Shown: piece after piece, positions 58,093 through 64,000 of the stretch
Layout: each line of letters starts with the position of its first letter
Position numbering within the stretch: position 1 is the stretch's first letter
Virus record (IMG/VR): IMGVR_UViG_3300046616_000431
Location: 48,363 to 112,362 of that record
Reading direction: 5' to 3' (one strand)
Length of the DNA stretch: 64,000 bases
From: a virus
Notes under the pieces: generated by a model
The model's database searches: none
What the model saw: the letters and a program-made list of their open reading frames with translations, nothing else
What the model was told of the DNA's origin: nothing
Made by a program: the position numbers and the translations under genes

Positions 58093-59748
58093 GTGACGGA
58101 CATCAGCGCGACGAGCTTCTTCCGGCGGCACGCTGCCGAGACTATCGAACCTGCGTTCGAACCGGAAGCGGATTCCGCGAACCCTGGCACCCAGAGCCCG
58201 GAATGGATTGCCGAGTGGGGCCACGGCTCCAAGCCCTGCCCCTGCTGCAAGGGCGCAGGCGAGCACGACACCGGCTTCGAGTGCTCCCTGTGCGACGGCG
58301 GCATGGCCGTCGGCAAGGACACCCCCGACGGCTACCGCTGCGACGGCACCCTCCCCGACGGCGGCCACGGCAAGACGGCCGCCTACACCGAGCACCCGCT
58401 GCCCGAGCAGGTCAGGTCGTGGAAGAACACACAGTGGGACGTCCCCGATGAGGTCACCAGCCCGATCCACCGGGGCCTGACCCTGCCGCTGTCACCGAAA
58501 GACCACGAGTACGTCCACAACCTCTCCATCCCCACCGGCAGACGCGCGGCCCACATCGTCGGCCTCGTCCACTCCCAGGGCGGCCTGGGGCGCCACTGGA
58601 CGACTGACGCGGATACCGCAGGCCACTTCTCCCACACCGGCGCAGGAGAACTGCAGCACCACCCCCACCTGCTCTCCGTCACCCTGCACGCGCACCCGCC
58701 AGCCGCCGAGCACATCGAGCACGACCCCGTCGAGCTTGGCCGCATGGGAGTCCAGGGGCAGTCTGTTGAGAGCGAAGTCCCCCTGAAAGCGGCCTCGCCG
58801 GTGCGCTTGTACGGCGTGAGCTGGCAGAACACCCGCGACTCCACCCAATGGGGCAACCACATCGCCACCGCCGATGCCAAGGGCATCACCCGGAGCGCCT
58901 CCGCCGACACCCCCGTGCCGGACAACACCAAGCCGTACGAGCACAAGCACCCCTGGCTGCCCCGCGACCACTTCTTCGCCCCCACCCCCAAGGGCCTGGA
59001 CGAGCGGCTCTTCGACGGCGACCACATGCGCCCCGACGTCCGCCGCCACATCCTCGGCCTGATCAACAGCCTCTGGGCCCCGCGCTACGGCGACTCCTGG
59101 CAGACCTGGGCCCGCGTCTACCTCGCCGGATCCGAGGCCAGCCACTTCTACGGCAACAACGACCTCGACGTCCTGATCGGCATCGACCACGACGCCCTCA
59201 ACCAGCACGTGGACGCCTTCTGTGGCGAGCCGGACGCCGTCATCGACGAGCGCCTGACCGACGAGCTGCGCGAGCACCTCAACGACGACGCCCGCATGCT
59301 GCCCGGCCCCGGCGGCGAGACCGGCCCCTGGGAAAGCACTTTCTACGTGAACCCGGCCAGCTATGACATACGGGACATCAAGCCGTACGCCGCCTACGAC
59401 ATCACCCGCGACGAGTGGGCCGTCCGGCCGGTCGAGGTCCCCGACGACTTCGGCCCCGAGAAACTCCCCGAGTCGACCTGGGACGTCTTCGAGGCCCTGC
59501 AGACCCTGATCAAGGCCGTCGCGGAGCTGCCCGAAGGAACCCGGGAGCGCGAGGGCGCCGCTCTGTACGATTACCTCCACACTGACCGCCACAGTGCCTT
59601 CGGCCCGGACGGAACAGGCCTCTACGACCCGGCCAACGCGGTCTGGAAGGCCCTCGACAAGGCCCCCGGCAAGCCCCTGCAGCAGCTTATCGACTGGAAG
59701 CACGCCCACGACGGCGCGACCGCCAACGCCCAGGAGACCGCAGCATGA
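58093..59748 (+). CDS. Multidomain protein: Zn ribbon + ADP-ribosyltransferase-like domain + Pol-beta-family nucleotidyltransferase
   Basis: CPCC/CSLC; 'HRG...HWT...ESEV'; 'LAGS......DLDVLI' NTase motif; GGAGG RBS before GTG 58093. Confidence 0.7.
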   Translation: MTDISATSFFRRHAAETIEPAFEPEADSANPGTQSPEWIAEWGHGSKPCPCCKGAGEHDTGFECSLCDGGMAVGKDTPDGYRCDGTLPDGGHGKTAAYTEHPLPEQVRSWKNTQWDVPDEVTSPIHRGLTLPLSPKDHEYVHNLSIPTGRRAAHIVGLVHSQGGLGRHWTTDADTAGHFSHTGAGELQHHPHLLSVTLHAHPPAAEHIEHDPVELGRMGVQGQSVESEVPLKAASPVRLYGVSWQNTRDSTQWGNHIATADAKGITRSASADTPVPDNTKPYEHKHPWLPRDHFFAPTPKGLDERLFDGDHMRPDVRRHILGLINSLWAPRYGDSWQTWARVYLAGSEASHFYGNNDLDVLIGIDHDALNQHVDAFCGEPDAVIDERLTDELREHLNDDARMLPGPGGETGPWESTFYVNPASYDIRDIKPYAAYDITRDEWAVRPVEVPDDFGPEKLPESTWDVFEALQTLIKAVAELPEGTREREGAALYDYLHTDRHSAFGPDGTGLYDPANAVWKALDKAPGKPLQQLIDWKHAHDGATANAQETAA

Positions 59749-62700
59749 CCCACACCGACGCGACCTCCTTCTTCCGGCAGGCCGCCTGGTCCGATGGGGA
59801 GGGCCTCTCCGACAAGACCCGGGCCGCCGTCGACCAGGCCGAGGGCGACTGGCACACCCACCGCCAGTACCTCGCCGAAGACCACATGAACAAGCAGCTC
59901 GACCCCGAGGCCAACCGGCTCGCCCACCAGGGCCACGCGCAGCGCACCGCCGACAAGATCACCGACGCCGAAGGCCTGCCCCGCATCAAGGTCCTCGTCC
60001 ACGACTCGCCGAACGTCTCCGGACTAGGCAAGGCCGCCGACGGCTCGCCAGTCATCGCGCTCGGCGAGAACTCCCTGAAGCACAGCACGCTCATCCACGA
60101 GCTGACCCACCACAAGCGCCAGCCCGCCGAAGACGACCCCGACCACAACGCCGGGGGTTTCTACGGCGACTACATCGGCATGCTGCAACGCCACCACCCC
60201 GACCCGGACGCCTGGACACACATGATGGCCGCCAACAAGCTCGCCGTGGCCCACATGCGCAACAACCCGGACAAGTTCCCTCCCCGCACCGCCACGGCGT
60301 TCTTCCGGCAGGCCAGCGAGCCGCAGGAGTGGTTCCACGGCACCTCCAACTCCACGCCGACCACTCACTTCGACTTCGACAAGGAGCGCGGCCACCAGGA
60401 CGAGACCGGCCTGCCGCGCTACTGGAACTCCCACCTTGGCGCGCACTTCACCTCGGTCCACTCCGTAGCCAGGGACGTCGCCAGGGAGTGGAGTCACCGA
60501 GGCGGGCACATCACGCACGCCCACCTGGACATGGCGAACCCCAAGCACTACGGGACCGAAGACGACATGGACCACGAGGCGTACAACTGGGCCGAGAAGA
60601 ACGGCTACGACCCCATGGCGCACAGGGACAAGAACCAGCTGCACGGCCTGGGCGGCCTGCTGACCGTGCACCCTCAGGCCCGGGAGATCGCCCACGGCTT
60701 CCGCGACCACCTCAAGGCCCAGGGCCACGACAGCGTCACCTACGGCAACACCATCGAAGGCCCCTACGCCCACAAGTGCGCCATCGCCTTCCACCCAGAC
60801 CAGATCCACGTCACCGGCACCCACGGGATCAACGAACCCTGTCCCCCCGGCGGACACACCGCCACGGCGTTCTTGCGGGAGGCGGGGCAAAGTGGCGAGT
60901 TGCCCGAGGGTCTGTCCTTCAAGTACTACGGGCCCGGTCACTTCCCCTCGGTGGGCAATCGCCCATTCCACTGCCTGGTGGCACACCATCCCGACGCACC
61001 AGACAAAGCATGGCCGAACCAAGCGGGCCACCTCGTCTGGTGGGGGCCGGACGGCGGCATAGATTCGGTGCACGTGCAGCCGGATTTCCGGCGTCGCGGA
61101 GTGGCGACCGAACTGTGGAATCGGGCGAAGGAGATGGAACCGCGTCTCCACCACAGCACCCTCCAGACAGAGGACGGCAAGGCGTGGGCACCACACGTCT
61201 CCTCGAAGCACACCGCCACGGCGTTCTTCGCACAGGCGGCCACGGACGGCTACAATCCCACTACTCAGAAGGAGGGGGAGCATGGAACCGATGAGTCCCG
61301 ACGTTCAGCAGGAGATCCTGCGCCGCGCGGCCACGCCGGGCGACCGGCGGCAGGTCAGCCTGAACCAGCTCCGCTGCACCGTCGCGAAGCGACTGCAGAA
61401 GGCGTAGAGCGCCACCCCGAGCTGCAGGGAGACCTGGACCGGCTCGGGGGCGGCGCCCGCCACGTCCAGAACACCATCGACGCCCTGCACCAGGGCGGCT
61501 CCGGCGTCACCACCTACCCTCTGTCCCACCCGCTGGAGGGCTGGCACGCCGCGCTCACCGGCGGCGGCCACCAGGTAGTGCACCGCCACGACCCCGAGAC
61601 CGGCTCCCTGCACGTCGGCTACGCCGGGCATAACATCTCCGACGCCGAACAGCGCCTGGGCGCAACCGAGTCCGGCTCCAAGGCCCTGCCGGTCGACTTC
61701 CACGGCGGCGCCGAGAAGGACTTCGACAAGCTGCACCCCGAGGTCCAGGACAAGGTCCTCAACACCATCGACCGCCTCTCGCGCGGCGAGCAGCACAGGG
61801 ACGACCACGCCCTGCACGGCAAGGACATGGTGAACGGCGGCTGGCGCTCGGCCCGAGCCGACTTCCTGCACCGCGTCACCCACCGCTTCGAGGACGCCGA
61901 CGGCAACCCCACCTCGCACGAGAACGCCTCCCGGCTGTTCATCGGCCACGTCGGCCCCCACAACTATGAAGCCGCCGAGAAGCGCCTGTCCTCCGAGAAG
62001 CGCCTGTCCTCCCTGACCGCGCACCTCAAGAAGGCCTTCCAGGGCGACACCCCCGAAGGCACCCTCGTGCGCGGGATGAACGTCTCCCTCCCCGCCGACA
62101 AGCATTCGTTTATCCACGACGAGCGCCAGCCGCTGCCCGCCCGCGCGCACATGCTGCTCTCGGAACTGAAGAAGCCCACCGGCTCCATCTCCAACGAGGA
62201 ACTCAAGGGCTCCAGCGGCGGCCTGGGGGAGTTCTGGACCCGCAACCACCTCGTCTCCGACGACGCCGCCGCCGCACAGCACGAGGAGCGCCCGCCGGGA
62301 CAGCGCTCCACCACCGTCACCCTCCACGCCCGCGAGCCGGACGGGAAGCACTTCTGGAACGAGATGACCGGCGGCCACGGCGACTACGAGGGAAACTGGC
62401 GCGTCCCGCTGCACCCCGGCACCCCGCTCGGCGTCCACGCCATCACCTGGGGCGAGCCCGGCGGCACCCAGCACCACTACGACTTCTCCCACCCCGTCGA
62501 CAAGCACGCCACCAAGGGCACCGACAACGAGGGCCACCTGGTTGAGCTGGACCCCATCGACGGCTGGCAGCATGCCGACGGCTCCGTCTCCCACGACGAC
62601 GGCACCACCATCTCCGACCACCCCGTCAAGGAGGCGTCAGCCTCCGCTGAAGGAGACCACGCGGTGGTCTACCACGGCACGACAGCGGATCGGGTCGACT

Positions 62701-63554
62701 CCATCCGGCAGAACGGGCTCCGGCCGCCCAAGGGGAAGGAAGGCTCCGCCCGCTGGTTCATGCTCACCGACAGCCGTGAGCGGGCCGCCCACGAATCCGG
62801 GGGCAATGCCGGGAACGGGAAGCAGCGAGTCGTCCTGGAATACCACCTTCCCCGGGACCAGGCCTTCCGTCGTGAACCCGGGGTGCCGAGGCGGAACAGC
62901 GACGCCTACCTCTGGGAGGGCCACCCCTACATGGGCAGCACGGCCCACGCCATCATGAATCCGATCCCGGGGGAGCACCTGCACGCCGTGCATCCCGTAG
63001 AGCCCGAGGACGGCCAGCGCAAGGAAGCGGCGGCAGTCGACAACTCCACAGGCGTGATGGTGGCCTTGGTGCCGCCCCGCGAGATCGCCGAGCAGCTCGC
63101 CATGAAGGACGGCCAGCCGGTCGACGACCTCCACGTCACCCTCGCCTACCTCGGCAAGACCTCCGACTACACGCCCGAGCAGCTCAAGCTGCTGCCGCAG
63201 ATCGTCAGTTCATGGGCGCTGCGCCAGAAGCCGGTCGACATGCGCATAGGCGGCACGGGCAAGTTCAACAGCAGCCACAAGGGCCAGCACGTCCTGTACG
63301 CCGCTGTCGACATCCCCGGCGGCGCGCAGATGCACGCCGACCTCGCCCGCTATCTGCAGGGCCACGGATACGAACTCCCGAGCGAACACGGCTGGACACC
63401 ACACCTCACGCTGGCGTACGTTGATCGCCACTTCCGTTTCATGCCACATCTGGATGAGCACCGCTGGACGGCCGACCAGGTCGTCACCGAGATCGGGCAG
63501 ACCCGCCACCAGGCCCGCCTCGGCACCATCCCCAGCGGAAGACACCAGCTCTAG
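59745..63554 (+). CDS. Polyvalent protein: zincin, ART-PolyVal-like, GNAT, two RelE-like, two further ART-like and a 2H phosphoesterase domain
   Basis: HELTH; 'FHGT...GAHFT...NP...GHDSV...AFHPDQI'; 'V.PDFRRRGVAT'; 'AEKDFDKL...H.LHG...R..H...VGPH'; 'YHGT...IRQNGL'; two HxT motifs (HVTL, HLTL). Confidence 0.8.
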   Translation: MTHTDATSFFRQAAWSDGEGLSDKTRAAVDQAEGDWHTHRQYLAEDHMNKQLDPEANRLAHQGHAQRTADKITDAEGLPRIKVLVHDSPNVSGLGKAADGSPVIALGENSLKHSTLIHELTHHKRQPAEDDPDHNAGGFYGDYIGMLQRHHPDPDAWTHMMAANKLAVAHMRNNPDKFPPRTATAFFRQASEPQEWFHGTSNSTPTTHFDFDKERGHQDETGLPRYWNSHLGAHFTSVHSVARDVAREWSHRGGHITHAHLDMANPKHYGTEDDMDHEAYNWAEKNGYDPMAHRDKNQLHGLGGLLTVHPQAREIAHGFRDHLKAQGHDSVTYGNTIEGPYAHKCAIAFHPDQIHVTGTHGINEPCPPGGHTATAFLREAGQSGELPEGLSFKYYGPGHFPSVGNRPFHCLVAHHPDAPDKAWPNQAGHLVWWGPDGGIDSVHVQPDFRRRGVATELWNRAKEMEPRLHHSTLQTEDGKAWAPHVSSKHTATAFFAQAATDGYNPTTQKEGEHGTDESRRSAGDPAPRGHAGRPAAGQPEPAPLHRREATAEGVERHPELQGDLDRLGGGARHVQNTIDALHQGGSGVTTYPLSHPLEGWHAALTGGGHQVVHRHDPETGSLHVGYAGHNISDAEQRLGATESGSKALPVDFHGGAEKDFDKLHPEVQDKVLNTIDRLSRGEQHRDDHALHGKDMVNGGWRSARADFLHRVTHRFEDADGNPTSHENASRLFIGHVGPHNYEAAEKRLSSEKRLSSLTAHLKKAFQGDTPEGTLVRGMNVSLPADKHSFIHDERQPLPARAHMLLSELKKPTGSISNEELKGSSGGLGEFWTRNHLVSDDAAAAQHEERPPGQRSTTVTLHAREPDGKHFWNEMTGGHGDYEGNWRVPLHPGTPLGVHAITWGEPGGTQHHYDFSHPVDKHATKGTDNEGHLVELDPIDGWQHADGSVSHDDGTTISDHPVKEASASAEGDHAVVYHGTTADRVDSIRQNGLRPPKGKEGSARWFMLTDSRERAAHESGGNAGNGKQRVVLEYHLPRDQAFRREPGVPRRNSDAYLWEGHPYMGSTAHAIMNPIPGEHLHAVHPVEPEDGQRKEAAAVDNSTGVMVALVPPREIAEQLAMKDGQPVDDLHVTLAYLGKTSDYTPEQLKLLPQIVSSWALRQKPVDMRIGGTGKFNSSHKGQHVLYAAVDIPGGAQMHADLARYLQGHGYELPSEHGWTPHLTLAYVDRHFRFMPHLDEHRWTADQVVTEIGQTRHQARLGTIPSGRHQL

Positions 63555-63589
63555 TCGCCAAGCTAGGGCCCCAAGGGAGACCGCCACTC

Positions 63590-64000
63590 ATGAGCACCGT
63601 CACGACTTCCAGGATCCCCGACTACATCGAGCGCGCCAGGCTGGACGCGGACCGCGTGGGGTGGGACGTGGTCTGTACGTCCAAGAGCGTCACCATCACC
63701 GCGCCCGGCTGGAGGAAAGGCCTCAGCTTCTCGCTGACCAAGCCGCCCACGGCCGACCAGGTCCGCATCCAGCTGGACAGGGCCGGTCTGTACAGTGCCC
63801 TGAAGAAGCTGCAGTCCGAGAGTGCCACGGAGCTGCCCGAGCCCGAGCCGGAGCACGGTATGTCCGAAGCGAAGACCGACACGCCCCAGAAGGCCGGGCA
63901 CGTCTGCCCCGAGTGCCAGAATCCCTTCAAGAGCCCGGCGGGTCTGGCAACCCATCGACAGAAGGTGCACGGCGTGCCCGGATCGTCCAAAGCAACCCTT
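63590..64000 (+). CDS. C2H2 zinc-finger protein (runs off the window)
   Basis: Manual translation from ATG 63590 is open to the window end and contains CPECQNPFKSPAGLATHRQKVH. Confidence 0.7.
   Translation, partial: MSTVTTSRIPDYIERARLDADRVGWDVVCTSKSVTITAPGWRKGLSFSLTKPPTADQVRIQLDRAGLYSALKKLQSESATELPEPEPEHGMSEAKTDTPQKAGHVCPECQNPFKSPAGLATHRQKVHGVPGSSKATL

Larger units (their letters stand above)
1..64000. mobile_element. Large actinobacterial myovirus-like phage or phage-plasmid (window lies entirely within the element)
   Basis: Baseplate/tail module, terminase, phage-type replisome and WhiB, plus ParA cassette and Rep-like gene; dense co-oriented genes with overlapping start/stop codons; no integrase or host housekeeping operons seen. 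Confidence 0.9.

Noticed and set aside
63548-63580. CCCCAAGGGAGA as an eighth late-promoter copy
   Set aside because: No TGT 25-26 bp upstream; more likely just an RBS region

Overview
High-GC (about 70% by eye) actinobacterial, probably Streptomyces-associated, segment of a large tailed phage with no host-chromosome genes visible. Its organisation suggests a phage-plasmid (plasmid prophage). 1-23 kb is a contractile-tail/baseplate/fibre module: probable tape measure, a hub with two peptidoglycan-hydrolase domains, gp25-like wedge, baseplate J, a PghP-like hydrolase fused to a large structural protein, and YadA-repeat fibres. An inverted parA/partner cassette with palindromic centromere-like sites interrupts this module. 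23-29 kb holds SNF2 and DinG helicases flanking a minus-strand HTH Rep-like gene with a duplicated 70-bp origin-like element. 29-52 kb is a self-contained replication/recombination cluster (5'-3' exonuclease, DnaC-like loader, DnaB, WhiB, DnaG, J-like protein, SSB, DnaE, RecA, resolvases, Cas4-like nuclease, sigma-like factor). 52-64 kb holds terminase genes, a structured non-coding region and two His-rich multi-enzyme proteins. The most notable observations are: (i) a putative virion-packaged effector polyprotein system whose domains are separated by a repeated TATAFFRQA / [KR]xA[AS] motif, partly identical at DNA level; (ii) a bipartite TGTnC-N-AAGGG(G)YG motif with fixed 25-26 bp spacing before seven genes, a candidate late promoter; (iii) the duplicated inverted origin element; (iv) a recurrent intergenic CGCCAAGA box. 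All functional calls come from motif recognition by eye; no database search was run.
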